DNA of 64,000 nucleotides from contig OZ037765.1 of NCBI GenBank assembly GCA_964035545.1, positions 15,324,698 through 15,388,697 of the forward strand. The letters are read 5' to 3'. Source of the stretch: Bugula neritina (Eukaryota > Animalia > Bryozoa). A model generated the notes under the pieces. That model made no database searches and was not told the origin of the DNA. It saw only the letters and a list, made by a program, of their open reading frames with translations. Positions 30,201 through 47,120 of the stretch are shown one piece after another; positions within the stretch are counted from its first letter, which is position 1, and each line of letters opens with the position of its first letter. Made by a program: the position numbers and the translations under genes.

Positions 30201-32990
30201 CTACTGCAACACATTGGAATAAACTGCAACATACCTAAATATACGGTAATATACTGAAATATACTGTTCACATTGAAAAACACTGCAACATACTGAAATA
30301 TGCTGTAGCACACTGAAATACACTGCAACTCACTGAAATATAGTGTAATATATAGAAATGTACTGTAACATACTGAAATATACTGTAACATACTGGAATA
30401 CACTGTAGCATATTGAAATACACTGCAACACCTTGAAATATACTGCAACACACTGAAAGATACGGCAACATACCGAAATATACCGCGACACATTGAAATA
30501 TACTGCAGCATACTGAAATATGCTGTAGCATACTGAAACATACTGTAACACACTGAAATATACAGCAACATACTGAAATACATTGTAACATACTGAAATA
30601 TACTGCAACATACTGAAATACACTGTAACATACTGCAACATACTGCAACATACTGCAACATACTGAAATACACTGTAACATACTGAAATACACTGCGACA
30701 TACTGCAACATACTGAAATACACTGGAACATATTGAAACACACTACATTACTTTGAAATATACTGCAACACACTGAAACATACAGCAACGTACTGAAATA
30801 TACTGCGACACATTGAAATATATGGCAATATAGTTAAATATAATGCAAGATACTGCAACATTCTGAAATACACTGTGACATACTGAAATACACTGCAACA
30901 TACTGCAACATACTGCGACATACTGCAACATACTGAAATACACTGTAACATATTGAAGTGCACTGCAACACATTGAAATATACTGCAACACACTGAAACA
31001 TATGGCAACATACTGAAATATACTGCAACACATTGAAATGTACTGCAACATAGTCAAATATAATGCAAGATACTGCAACATTCTGAAATACACTGTGACA
31101 TACTGAAATACACTGCAACATACTGCAACATACTGCAACATACTGCAACATACTGAAAAACATTGAAATATACTGCAACATACTGAAATATTCTGTAGTA
31201 TACTGAAATACACTGCAACACACTGAAGTATACTGTAATATGCAGAAACGCACTGCAACATACTGAAATATATCGAAACAAACCGAAATTTATGGTATAC
31301 TGAAATATGTTGCAAACTACTAAAATATACTGCAACATACCGAAAAATACTGCAACTGTGCAATATAATGAAATATACTGCAAAGATACTGAAATATACC
31401 GCAACAATTTAAAAGTTACTGTATGGTACTGAAATATACTGAAACACACTACAACATACTGCAACATACTGCAACATACTGAAATACACTGTAACATCTT
31501 GAAATACACTGCAACACCTTGAAATATACTGCAACACACTGAAAGATATGGCAACATACTGAAATATACTGCGACACATGGAAATACACTGCAGCATACT
31601 GAAATATGCTGTAGCATACTGAAATACACTGCAACACACTGAAGTATACTGTAATATACAGAAATGTACTCAAACATACTGAAACATTAGTCAACATACT
31701 GAAACGTACTGCAACATGCTGAAATATACTGCAACATACTGAAATACACTGTAATATACTGAATTACACTGCAACATACTGCAACATACTGAAATACGCT
31801 GTAACATGTTGAATTACACTGCAATACATTGAAATATACTGCAGCATACTGAATCATACGGCAACATACTGAAATATACTGCAACATACTGAAACATACT
31901 GAAATATATTGGAAACATGTATACCGAAACATACGGCAACATAATGAAATATACTGTAATACACTGAAATATACAGCATAATACTGAATTATGTTGTAAC
32001 ATACTGAAACATACTGCAACATACTGAAATATACTTCAACGTACTAAAACATACTGCAACATACTGCAACATACTAAAATACACTGTAACATACTGAAAT
32101 ACACTGCAACACATTGGAATAAACTGCAACATACCTAAATATACGGTAATATACTGAAATACACTGTTCACATTGAAAAACACTGCAACATACTGAAATA
32201 TGCTGTAGCACACTGAAATACACTGCAATTCACTGAAATATAGTTTAATATACGAAAATGTACTGTGACATACTGAAATATACTGTAACACACTAAAATA
32301 TACTGCAACATACTGAAATACACTGTAAAATACTGAAATATACTGCAACATACGGCAACATACTGAAATACACTGTAAGCTACTGAGATACACTGCAATA
32401 TACTACAACATACTGAAGTACACTGTAGGATATTGAAAAACACTGCAATAATTTGGAATATACCGCAACATACCGAAATATATGGTAACCTACTCAAATA
32501 GGTTGCAAACCACGTAAATATACTGCAACATACTGCAACATAATGAAATATACTGTAACACACTGAAATATACTGCAACATACTGAAATATACTGCAAGA
32601 TACTGCAACATACTGAAATACACTGCAACATACTGCAACATACTGACATACACTGGAATATATTGAAATGCACTGCAACAAAATGAAATAAACTGCAACA
32701 CACTGAAACATACGCCAACATACTGAAATCCACTGCAACACATTGGAATAAACTGAAGCATAATGAAATATACTGTAACATACTGAAATATACTGTAACA
32801 CATTGAAAAACATTGCAACATACTGAAACATGCTGTAGCACACTGAATTACACTGCAACATACTGAAATACACTGTAAAATACTGAAATACACTGCAACA
32901 TCCTGCAACATACTGAAGTACACTGTAACCTACTGAAATACACTGCAACATACTACAACATACTGAAATACACTGTAACATTATGAATTA
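24250..32990. repeat. Dispersed duplication about 24250-27620 / 30220-32990; the second copy lacks about 600 bp
   Basis: Offsets 5968 (24300/30268) then 5368 (26041/31409, 26800/32168). About 25270-25860 has no counterpart in the second copy. Confidence 0.85.
27625..29445. repeat. 950-bp-period tandem duplication (about 27625-28495 / 28575-29445)
   Basis: Near-identical variant strings at offset 950 (27846/28796). Confidence 0.88.
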
Positions 32991-35900
32991 CACTGCAACA
33001 CATTGAAAAATACTGCAACATACCGAAATATATGGTGACCTACTGAAATATGTTGCAAACCACTTAAATATACTGCAACATACTGCAACATAATGAAATA
33101 TACTGTAACATACTGAAATATACTGCAACATACTGAAATATACTGCAAGATACTGCAACATACTGAAATACACTGTGACATATTGAAATACACTGCAACA
33201 TACTGCAACATTTTGACATACACTGGAACATATTGAAATACACTGCAACAAACTGAAATAAACTGCAACAGACAGAAACATACGCCAACATACTGAAATA
33301 TACTGCGACACATTGAGATATACTCCAACATAGTTAAATATAATGCAAGATACTGCAACATACTGAAATACACTCTGACATACTGAAATACACTGCAACA
33401 TACTGCAACATACTGCAAGATACTGAAATACACTGCAACACATTGAAATAAACCGCAACATACTTAAATATACGGTAACATACTGAAATATACTGTAACA
33501 CATTGAAAAACATTGCAGCATACTGAAACATACTGAAATATGCTGTAGCACACTGAAATACACCGCAATTCACTGAAAAATAGTGTAATATACGGAAGTG
33601 TACCGTAACATACTGAAATATGCTGTAACAGACTGAAATGTACTGTAACACACTGAAATATACTGCAACATGCTAAAATACACTGTAACATACTGAGATA
33701 TACTGCAACATACTACAACATACTGAAATACACTGTAACATATTGAAATACACCGCAACACATTGAAATATACTGCATCATACCGAAATAGATGGCAAAC
33801 TACTGAAATATACTGTAACACATTGAAACATACCGCAAAATACTAAAATACACTGCAACACACTGAAGTATACTGTAATATATAGAAATGTACTGTAAAA
33901 TACTTAGCCATACGACAACATACTAAAAAATATACTGCAACATACTGAATTACACTGCATTATACTGAAATATACTTCAACATACTGAAACATACCTAAA
34001 AATATTGAAATATACTGAAATACTTCGTAACATACTGAAATACACTGCAACATACTGCAACATACTGACATACACTGGAACATACTGAAGTACACTGCAA
34101 CATACTACAACATACTGAAATACACTGTAACCTATTGAAATATGCTGTAGCACACTGAAATACACTGCAACATACTGCAACATGCTGCAACATACTGAAA
34201 TACACTGCAACACATTGAAATAAACCGCAACATACCTAAATATACGGTAATATACTGAAATATACTGTAAAACATTGAAAAACATTGCAATATACTGCAA
34301 CATACCGAATTACGCTCCAACACATTGAAAGATTATGCAAAATACTGAAGCATACGGCGACATACTGAACTATACTGCAACACATTGAAATATACTGCAA
34401 CATACTGAAATATGCTGTAGAATACTGAAATACACTGCAACACCTTGAAATATACTGCAACACACTGAAAGATACGACAACATACTGAAATATACTGCGA
34501 CACATTGAAATATACTGCAGCATACTGAAATATGCTGTAGCATACTGAAATACACTGCAACACACTGAAGTATACTGTAATATACAGAAATGTACTCAAA
34601 CATACTGAAACATTGGTTCACATACTGAAATGTACTGCAACATGCTGAAATTTACTGCAACATACTGAAATACGCTGTAACATGTTGACTTACACTGCAA
34701 TACATTGAAATATACTGCAACATACTGAATCATACGGCAACATACTGAAATATACTTCAACACATTGAAATATACTGCAACATACTGAAATATGCTGTAG
34801 CATACTGAAATACATTGCAACACACTGGAGTATAGTGTAATATACAGAAACGTACTGCAACATACTGAAATATACCGCAACAAACCGAAATTTATGGTAT
34901 ACAGAAATATGTTGCAAACTACTGAAACATACTGCAACATACCGAAAAAACTGCAACTGTGCAACATAATGAAATATACTGCAAAAATACTGAAGTATAC
35001 TGTAACATACTGAAAGATACTGCAACATACTGAAATACACCGTAACATACTGAAAGACACCGCAAGATACTGCAACATACTGAATTGCACTGTAACATAT
35101 CGAAATGCACTGCAACACATTCAAATTTACTGCAACATACTGAAACATACTGCAGCATACTGAAATATACTGCAACATACTGAAACATACTGAAATATAC
35201 TGGAAACATGTATACCGAAACATACGGCAACATAATGAAATATACTGTAACACACTGAAATATACAGCATAATACTGAGTTATGTTGTAACATACTGAAA
35301 CATACTGCAACATACTGAAATATACTTCAACATGCTAAAACATACAGCAACATACTGCAACATACTAAAATACACTGTAACATACTGAAATACACCGCAA
35401 CACATTGGAATAAACTGCAACATATCAAAATATACGGTAATATACTGAAATATACTGTTCCCATTGAAAAACACTGCAACTTACTGAAATATGCTGTAGC
35501 ACACTGAAATACACTGCAACTCACTGAAATATAGTTTAATATCTGAAAATGTACTGTGACATACTGAAATATACTGTAACACACTGAAATATACTGCAAC
35601 ATACTGCAACATACTGAAATACACTGTAATCTACTGAAATACACTGCAATATACTACAACATACTGAAGTACACTGTAGGATATTGAAAAACACTGCAAT
35701 ACTTTGGAATATACCGCAACATACCGAAATATATGGTAACCTACTGAAATAGGTTGCAAACCACGTAAATATACTGCAACATACTGCAACATAATGAAAT
35801 ATACTGTAACATACTGAAATATACTGCAACATACTGAAATATACTGCAAGATACTGCAACATACTGAAATACACTGTGACATACTGAAATACACTGCAAC

Positions 35901-36190
35901 ATACTGCAACATACTGACATACACTGGAATATATTGAAATACACTGCAACAAGATGAAATAAACTGCAACACACTGAAACATACGCCAACATACTGAAAT
36001 CTACTGCAACACATTGGAATAAACTGCAACATACCTAAATATACGGTAATATACTGAAATATACTGTTCACATTGAAAAACACTGCAACATACTGAAATA
36101 TGCTGTAGCACACTGAAATACACTGCAACTCACCGAAATAAAGTGTAATATACAGAAATGTACTGTAACATACTGAAATATACTGTAACA
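28500..36190. repeat. Dispersed duplication about 28500-30390 / 34300-36190
   Basis: Offset exactly 5800 (28796/34596, 29480/35280, 29941/35741). Confidence 0.87.
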
Positions 36191-39090
36191 CACTGAAATA
36201 CACTGTAAAATACTGAAATATACTGCAACATACTGCAACATACTGAAATACACTGTAACCTACTGATATACACTGCAATATACTACAACATACTGAAATA
36301 CACTGTAACATATTGAAATACGCTGCAACACATTGAAATATACTGCAACATACCGAAATATATGGTAAACTACTGAAATATACTGTAACACATTGAAAAA
36401 TACTGCAACATACTGAAATACACTGTAACACACTGAAATATACTGCAACATACTGAAATACACTGTAACATACTGAAATATTCTGCAACATACTGAAATA
36501 CACTGTAACATACTCGAATATACTGAAACATACTGCAACATGCTGAAATACACTGTAACATACTGAAATACACTGCAACATACTGCAACATACTGAAATA
36601 CACTGGAACATATTGAAATACACTACAACACATTGAAATATACTGCAACACACTGAAACATACTGCAACATACTGAAATACACTCTGACATACTGAAATA
36701 CACTGCAACATACTGCAACATACTGAAATACACTGCAACACATTGAAATAAACCGCAACATACCTAAATATACGGTAATATACTGAAATATACTGTAACA
36801 CATTGAAAAACATTGCAACATACTGAAACATACTGAAATATGCTGTAGCACACTGAAATACACCACAATTCACTGAAAAATAGTGTAATATACGGAAATG
36901 TACCGTAACATACTGAAATATACTGTAACAGACTGAAATGTACTGTAACACACTGAAATATACTGCAACATGCTGAAATACACTGTAACATACTGAAATA
37001 TACTGCAACATACCCAAATATATGGTAAACTACTGAAATATACTGTAACACATTGAAAAACATTGCAACATACTGAAAGATACTGAAATATGCTGTAGCA
37101 CACTGAAATACACCGCAATTCACTGAAAAATAGTGTAATATACGGAAATGTACCGTAACATACTGAAATATACTGTAACATACTGAAACATACTGCAACA
37201 TACCTAAATATACTGTAACATACTGAAATATACTGCAAGATACTGCAATATACTGAAATACACTGTAACATACTGAAATACACTGCAACATACTACAACA
37301 TACTGATATATACTGTAACCTACTGAAATATGCTGTAGCACACTGAAATATACTGCAACATACTGAAATATAATGCAAGTTACTACAACATACTGAAATA
37401 CACTGTGACATACTGAGATACACTGCAACATACTGAAATACACTGTAACATATTGAAATACACTGCAACACCTTGAAATATACTGTAACACATTGAAAAA
37501 TACTGCAACATACTGAAATATACTGTAACGCAATGAAATATACCGCAACATACTGAAATACACTGTAACAAACTGAAATACACTGCAACATACTGCAACA
37601 TACTGAAATACGCTGGAACATATTGAAATACACTACAAAACATTGAAATATACTGCAACACACTGAAACATACAGCCTAATACTGAGATATACTGAGACA
37701 CATTGAAGTATACTGCAACATATTTAAATATAATGCAAGATACCGCAACATACTGAAATACACAGTGACATACTAAAATACACTGGAACATACTGGAACA
37801 TACTGCAACATACTGAGATACATTGTAACATATTGAAATACACTGCAACACATTGAAATATACTGCAACACACTGAAACATACGGCAACATACTGAAATA
37901 TACTGCAACAAAGTGAAATATACTGCAACATACTGAAACATATGTCAAAATACTGAAATGTACTGAAATACACTTTGACATACTGAAATACACTGCAACA
38001 TACTGCAACATACTGCAACATACTGAAATACACTGTAACATATTGAATAACACTGCAACACATTGAAATATACTGCAACATACTGAAATATGCTGTGGAA
38101 TACTGAAATACACTGCAACACACTTAAGTATGCTGTAATATATAGAAATGTACTGTAAAATACTTAAACATACGACAACATACTAAAAAATATACTGCAA
38201 CATACTGAATTACACTGCAATATACTGAAATATACTTCAACATACTGAAACATACCTAAAAATATTGAAATACACTGAAATACAGTGTAGGATATTGAAA
38301 TACACTGCAACAATTTGGAATATACAGCAACATACCGAAATATATGGTAACCTACTGAAATATGTTGCAAACCACTTAAATATACTGCAACATACTGCAA
38401 CATAATGACATATACTGTAACATACTGAAATATACTGCAACATACTGAAATATACTGCAAGATACTGCAACAGACTGAAATACACTGTGACATACTGAGA
38501 TACACTGCAACATACTGCAACATACTGACATACACTGGAATATATTGAAATACACTGCAACAAATTGAAACAAACTGCAACACACTGAAACGTACGCCAA
38601 CATACTGAAATATACTGCAACACATTGGAATAAACTGCAACATACCTAAATATACAGTAATATACTGAAATATACTGTTCACATTGAAAAACACTTCAAC
38701 ATACTGAAATATGCTGTAGCACACTGAAATACACTGCAACTCACTGAAATATAGTGTAATATACAGAAATGTACTGTAACATACTGAAATATACTGTAAC
38801 ACACTGAAATACACTGTAAAATACTGAAATATACTACAACATACTGCAACATACTGAAATACACTGTAACCTACTGAATTACACTGCAACATACTACAAC
38901 ATACTGAAATACACTGTAACATTATGAATTACACTGCAACACATTGAAATGTACTGCAACACACTGAAACGTACGGCAACATACTGAAATATACTGCAAC
39001 AGATTGAAATATACTGCAACATACTGAAATATGCTGTAGTATGCTGAAATACAGTGCAACACACTGAAATACACTCCAACATACTACAAC

Positions 39091-39813
39091 CACAGGATAG
39101 TTAAGGGCATCCTCAGCAAGAATATCATAAATTTCTCTCAAAATGTAGTTCAGGTTCTTGAATAATATTGCTCTGCGGGTGGCATGCGTGTTGCCTACTT
39201 GCAATTGTTTAGCCTAAGATTAAACTACAACCAATAAGCAGCAACCTTCATTAGGGCTGCGTCATCTATCAACATTCCATTATGGGTGCTACATAAACAA
39301 AGCACCAAGCAAGCTATTCATTATAGCCTGCCAATATCTTCTCATCCCTACGTGCTCATTGAAGCGTGAAGTACTGCGCGCTGCTAGTTTCTTGTGAACA
39401 AATATGACATTTTCAGTGTATAAATCACCAATTTATGAGCAATCTAGAAGAGTTATTGGAAAAAGAAAAACAGTTGCACTGGAGAAATATCTTAGGATTC
39501 CAGCAGTGCAATTTTTATTCAGATATCATGTTTTGCTGCTGAGATATTTTACTGGTACTGAAAAGTCAGCTTTTCTGGCAAAATTGGCCAAAATTGGGCA
39601 GTTTTTTGTCTATAACCTTGCAAAAAAAATGAAAATTGAAATTTCCAAAAAACTTACACTGGGGAAAAAGAAGATCTACAACATAGTTTTTGAATTTTGA
39701 CTCTAGCACAATTAGGTGAGATTTTATTTTACTGGTACTGAATTCTTATATGATTACAATGCAAACCTCAGCAAGGCAGTTGCAGCTAAAAGGTTGCCCT
39801 TAACTATCCTGTG
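39091..39813. mobile_element. Same MITE family, copy 3, 723 bp (independent insertion)
   Basis: 19-bp perfect TIRs CACAGGATAGTTAAGGGCA / TGCCCTTAACTATCCTGTG. AC is duplicated at 39089-39090 and 39814-39815 relative to empty sites TACAACATAC at about 42721 and 10462. Flanks differ from copies 1/2. It has about 30 substitutions, a 1-bp indel and a 33-bp indel versus copy 1. Confidence 0.92.
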
Positions 39814-39949
39814 ACATACTGAAATACACTGTAACATATCGAAATACACCGCAACACATTGAAATATACTGCAACATACCCAAATATATGGTAAACTACT
39901 GAAATTTACTGTAACACATTGAAACATACCGCAAAATACTAAAATACAC

Positions 39950-42900
39950 TGCAACAGACTGAAGTATACTGTAATATATAGAAATGTACTGTAAAATACT
40001 CAAACATACGACAACATACTAAAAAATATACTGCAACATACTGAATTACACTGCAATATACTGAAATATACTTCAACATACCGAAACATACCTAAAAATA
40101 TTGAAATATACTGAAATACAGTGTAGGATGTTGAAATACACTGCAACAATTTGGAATATACAGCAACATACCGAAATATATGGTAACCTACTGAAATATG
40201 TTGCAAACTACTGAAATATACTGCAACATACTGCAACATAATGAAATATACTATAACACCCTGGAATAAACTGCAAAATACTGAAATATACTGTAACATA
40301 CTGAAACATACTGCAACATACCTAAATATACTGTAACATACTGAAATATACTGCAAGATACTGAAATATACTGACATACACTGGAACATACTGGAATACA
40401 CTGCAACATACTACAACATACTGAAATACACTGTAACCTACTGAAATATGCTGTAGCACACTGAAATATACTGCAACATACTGAAACATAATGCAAGTTA
40501 CTACAACATACTGAAATACACTGTGACATACTGAGATACACTGCAACATACTGAAATACACTGTAACATATTGAAATACACTGCAACATCTTGAAATATA
40601 CTGTAACACATTGAAAAATACTGCAACATACTGAAATATACTGTAACGCACTGAAATATACTGCAACATACTGAAATACACTGTAACATATTGAAATACG
40701 CTGCAACGCATTGAAATATACTGCAACACAATGAAAAATCGGCAACATACTGAAATATACTGGGACACATTGAAATATACTGCAACATACTGAAACATGC
40801 TGTAGCATACTGAAATACACTGCAACACACTGAAGTATACTGTAATATACAGAAATGTACTGTAACATTCTGAAACATACGTCAACATACTGAAACGTAC
40901 TGCAACATGCTGAACTATACTGCAACATACTGAAATACACTGTAATATACTGAATTAAACTGCAACATACTGCAACATACTGAATTACACTGTATCATAT
41001 TGAAATACACTGCAATACATTTAAATTTACTGCAACACACTGAAACATACTGCAACATACTGAAATATACTGCAACATATCGAAGTATATCGTAATATAC
41101 GGACATGTATTGTAACATAGTGAAACATACTGAAAGCTACTGAAATATACTTCAACATACTGAAATATACTGCAACACATTGAAATAAACCGCAACATAC
41201 CTAAATATACGATAATATACTGAAATAAACTGTAATACATAGAAAGACATTGCAACATACTGAAACATGCTGTAGCACACTGAAATACACTGCAACATAC
41301 TGAAATACACTGTAAAATACTGAAACACACTGCAACATACTGCAACATACTGAAATACACTGTAACCTACTGAAATAAACTGCAACATACTACAACATAC
41401 TGAAATGCACTGTAACATTATGAATTACACTGCAACACATTAAAAAACACTGCAACATACCGAAATATATGGTAAACTACTGAAACATACTGTAACACAT
41501 TGAAAAAAACTGCAACATACTGAAATATACTGTAACACACTGAAATATACTGCAAAATACTGAAATACACTGCAAAATACTGCAACATACTGAAATACAC
41601 TGTAACATACTGAAATAAACTGCAACATACTACAACATACTGAAATGCACTGTAAGATTATGAATTACACTGCAACACATTAAAAAACACTGCAACATAC
41701 CGAAATATATGGTAAACTACTGAAACATACTGTAACACATTGAAAAAAACTGCAACATACTGAAATATACTGTAACACACTGAAATATACTGCAAAATAC
41801 TGAAATACACTGTAACATACTGAAATACACTGTAACATACTGAAATATACTGCAACACACTGCAACATACTGAAATACACTGCAACAAACTACAACATAT
41901 TGAAACACACTGCAACACATTGAAATATACTGCAACACACTGACACATACGGCAACATATTGAAATATACTGCAACACATTGAAATATACCGCAACATAC
42001 TGAAATATGCTGTAGCACACTGAAATACACTGCAACTCACTGAAATATAGTGTAATATACAGAAATGTACTGTAAAATACTGAAATATACTGTAACATAC
42101 TGAAATATACTGCAACATACTGCAACATACTGAAATACACTGTAACATACTGAAATACGCTGCAACATACTGCAACATACTGAAATACACTGGAACATAT
42201 TGAAATACACTACAACGCATTGAAATGTACTGCAACACACTGAAACATACTGCAACATACTGAAATATACTGCGACACATTGAGATATACTGCAACATAG
42301 TGAAGTATAATGCAAGGTACTGCAACATACTGAAATACACTCTGACATACTGAAATACACTGCAACATACTGCAACATACTGAAATACACTGCAACACAT
42401 TGAAATAAACCACAACATACCTAAATATACGGTAATATACTGAAATATACTGTAACACATTGAAAAACATTGCAACATACTGAAACATACTGAAATATGC
42501 TGTAGCACACTGAAATACACCGCAATTCACTGAAAAATAGTGTAATATACAGAAATGTATCGTAACATACTGAAATGTACTGTAACAGACTGAAATGTAC
42601 TGTAACACACTGAAATATACTGCAACATGCTGAAATACACTGTAACATACTGAAATATACTGCAACACACTGCAACATACCGAAATACACTGTAACAAAC
42701 TGAAATACACTCCAACATACTACAACATACTGAAATACACTGTAACATATCGAAATACACCGCAACACATTGAAATATACTGCAACATACCCAAATGTAT
42801 GGTAAACTACTGAAATTTACTGTAACACATTGAAACATACCGCAAAATACTAAAATACACTGAAACACACTACAACATACTGAAATATACTGTAACCTAC

Positions 42901-45900
42901 TGAAATATGCTGTAGCACACTGAAATATACTGCAGCATACTAAAATAAAATGCAAGTTGCTACAACATACTGAAATACACTGTGACATACTGAGATACAC
43001 TGCAACATACTGAAATACACTGTAACATATTGAAATACACTGCAACACCTTGAAATATACTGTAACACATTGAAAAATACTGCAACATACTGAAATATAC
43101 TGTAACGCAATGAAATATACTGCAACATACTGAAATACACTGTAACAAACTGAAATACACTGTGTACTGCAACATGCTGAAATATATTGCAACATACTGA
43201 AATACGCTGTAACATATTGAAATGCGCTCCAACACATTGAAAGATACTGCAACATACTGAAACATACGGCAACATACTGAACTATACTGCAACAAAGTTA
43301 AATATACTGCAACATACTGAAATATGCTGTAGAATACTGAAATACACTGCAACACACTGAAATATAGCGTAATGAACAGAAATGTATTGTAACATACTTA
43401 AATATACTGTAACAAACTGAAATATACTGTCACATACCGAAATACACTGTAAAATACTGAAATATACTGCAAGATACTGCAACATACTGAAATACACTGT
43501 AACCTACTGATATACACTGCAATATACTGCAACATACTGAAATAGACAGTAACATATTGAAATACGCTGCAACACATTGAAATATACTGCAACATACCCA
43601 AATATATGGTAAACTACTGAAATATAATGTAACATATTGAAAAATACTGCAACATACTGAAATATACTGCAACATATCGAAGAATATTGTAAAATACGGA
43701 CATGTACTGTAACATAATGAAACATACTGAAGCACACTGAAACATACTGAAATACACTGTGACATACTGAGATACACTGCAACATACTGCAACATACTGC
43801 AACCTACTGCAACATACTGAAATACACTGTAACAGACTGAAATGTACTGTAACACACTGAAATATACTGTAACACATTGAAAAACACTGCAAGATACTGA
43901 AATATGCTGTAGCACACTGAAATACACTGCAACATACTGAAATACACTGTAAAATACTGAAATACACAGCAACATACTGCAACATACTGAAATACACATT
44001 AACCTACTGAAATACACTGCAACGTACTACAACATACTGAAATACACTGTAACATTATGAATTACACTGCAACACATTGAAAAATACTTCAACATACCGA
44101 AATATATGGCAAATTACTGAAATATACTTTAACACATTGAAAAAAACTGCATCATACTGAAATATACTGTAACACACTGAAATATACTGCAAAACACTGA
44201 AATACACTGTAACATACTGAAATACACTGTAACATACTGAAATATACTGCAACACACTGCAACATACTGAAATGCGCTGTAACATACTGAAATACACTGC
44301 AACATACTACAACATATTGAAATACACTGCAACACATTGAAATATACTGCAACACACTGAAACATCTGGCAACATATTGAAATATACTGCAACGCATTGA
44401 AATATACTGCCACATACTGAAATATGCTGTAGAATACTGAAATACACTGCAACAGACTGAAGTATACTGTAATATATAGAAATGTACTGTAAAATACTCA
44501 AACATACGACAACATACTAAAAAATATACTGCAACATACTGAATTACACTGCAATATACTGAAATATACTTCACATACCGAAACATACCTAAAAATATTG
44601 AAATACACTGAAATACAGTGTAGGATGTTGAAATACACTGCAACAATTTGGAATATACAGCAACATACCGAAATATATGGTAACCTACTGAAATATGTTG
44701 CAAACTACTGAAATATACTGCAACATACTGCAACATGATGAAATATACTATAACACCCTGGAATAAACTGCAAAATACTGAAATATACTGTAACATACTG
44801 AAACATACTGCAACATACCTAAATATACTGTAACATACTGAAATATACTGCAAGATACTGAAATATACTGACATACACTGGAACATACTGGAATACACTG
44901 CAACATACTACAACATACTGAAATACACTGTAACCTACTGAAATATGCTGTAGCACACTGAAATATACTGCAACATACTGAAACATAATGCAAGTTACTA
45001 CAACATACTGAAATACACTGTGACATACTGAGATACACTGCAACATACTGAAATACACTGTAACATATTGAAATACACTGCAACGTCTTGAAATATACTG
45101 TAACACATTGAAAAATACTGCAACATACTGAAATATACTGTAACGCACTGAAATATACTGCAACATACTGAAATACACTGTAACATATTGAAATACGCTG
45201 CAACGCATTGAAATATACTGCAACACAATGAAAAATCGGCAACATACTGAAATATACTGGGACACATTGAAATATACTGCAACATACTGGAACATACTGT
45301 AGCATACTGAAATACACTGCAACACACTGAAGTATACTGTAATATACAGAAATGTACTGTAACATTCTGAAACATACGTAAACATACTGAAACGTACTGC
45401 AACATGCTGAACTATACTGCAACATACTGAAATACACTGTAATATACTGAATTAAACTGCAACATACTGCAACATACTGAATTACACTGTATCATATTGA
45501 AATACACTGCAATACATTTAAATTTACTACAACACACTGAAACATACTGCAACATACTGAAAAATACTGCAACATATCGAAGTATATCGTAATATACGGA
45601 CATGTATTGTAACATAGTGAAACATACTGAAAGCTACTGAAATATACTTCAACATACTGAAATATACTGCAACACATTGAAATAAACCGCAACATACCTA
45701 AATATACGATAATATACTGAAATGAACTGTAATACATAGAAAGACATTGCAACATACTGAAACATGCTGTAGCACACTGAAATACACTGCAACATACTGA
45801 AAAACACTGTAAAATACTGAAACACACTGCAACATACTGCAACATACTGAAATACACTGTAACCTACTGAAATAAACTGCAACATACTACAACATACTGA

Positions 45901-47120
45901 AATGCATTGTAACATTATGAATTACACTGCAACACATTAAAAAACACTGCAACATACCTAAATATATGGTAAACTACTGAAACATACTGTAACACATTGA
46001 AAAAAACTGCAACATACTGAAATATACTGTAACACACTGAAATATACTGCAAAATACTGAAATACACTGCAAAATACTGCAACATACTGAAATACACTGT
46101 AACATACTGAAATAAACTGCATCATACTACAACATACTGAAATGCACTGTAACACACTGAAATATACTGCAAAATACTGAAATACACTGTAACATACTGA
46201 AATACACTGTAACATACTGAAATATACTGCAACACACTGCAACATACTGAAATACACTGCAACAAACTACAACATATTGAAACACACTGCAACACATTGA
46301 AATATACTGCAACACACTGACACATACGGCAACATATTGAAATATACTGCAACACATTGAAATATACCGCAACATACTGAAATATGCTGTAGCACACTGA
46401 AATACACTGCAACTCACTGAAATATAGTGTAATATACAGAAATGTACTGTAAAATACTGAAATATACTGTAACATACTGAAATATACTGCAACATACTGC
46501 AACATACTGAAATACACTGTAACATACTGAAATACGCTGCAACATACTGCAACATACTGAAATACACTGGAACATATATTGAAATACACTACAACGCATT
46601 GAAATGTACTGCAACACACTGAAACATACTGCAACATACTGAAATATACTGCGACACATTGAGATATACTGCAACATAGTGAAGTATAATGCAAGGTACT
46701 GCAACATACTGAAATACACTCTGACATACTGAAATACACTGCAACATACTGCAACATACTGCAACATACTGAAATACACTGCAACACATTGAAATAAACC
46801 GCAACATACCTAAATATACGGTAATATACTGAAATATACTGTAACACATTGAAAAACATTGCAACATACTGAAACATACTGAAATATGCTGTGGCACACT
46901 GAAATACACCGCAATTCACTGAAAAATAGTGTAATATACGGAAATGTATCGTAACATACTGAAATATACTGTAACAGACTGAAATGTACTGTAACACACT
47001 GAAATATACTGCAACATGCTGAAATACACTGTAACATACTGAAATATACTGCAACACACTGCAACATACCGAAATACACTGTAACAAACTGAAATACACT
47101 CCAACATACTACAACATACT
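39950..47120. repeat. Duplication about 39950-42740 / 44450-47120, with a nested 240-bp tandem (41371-41570 / 41611-41810)
   Basis: Offset 4497 (40251/44748, 41152/45649) drops to about 4377 after an in-phase 120-bp deletion, then is about 4389 after small insertions. Confidence 0.85.

Larger units (their letters stand above)
21570..39090. repeat. 10-bp-monomer satellite array, segment 3
   Basis: Same monomer family, with multiple kb-scale internal duplications. Confidence 0.98.
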
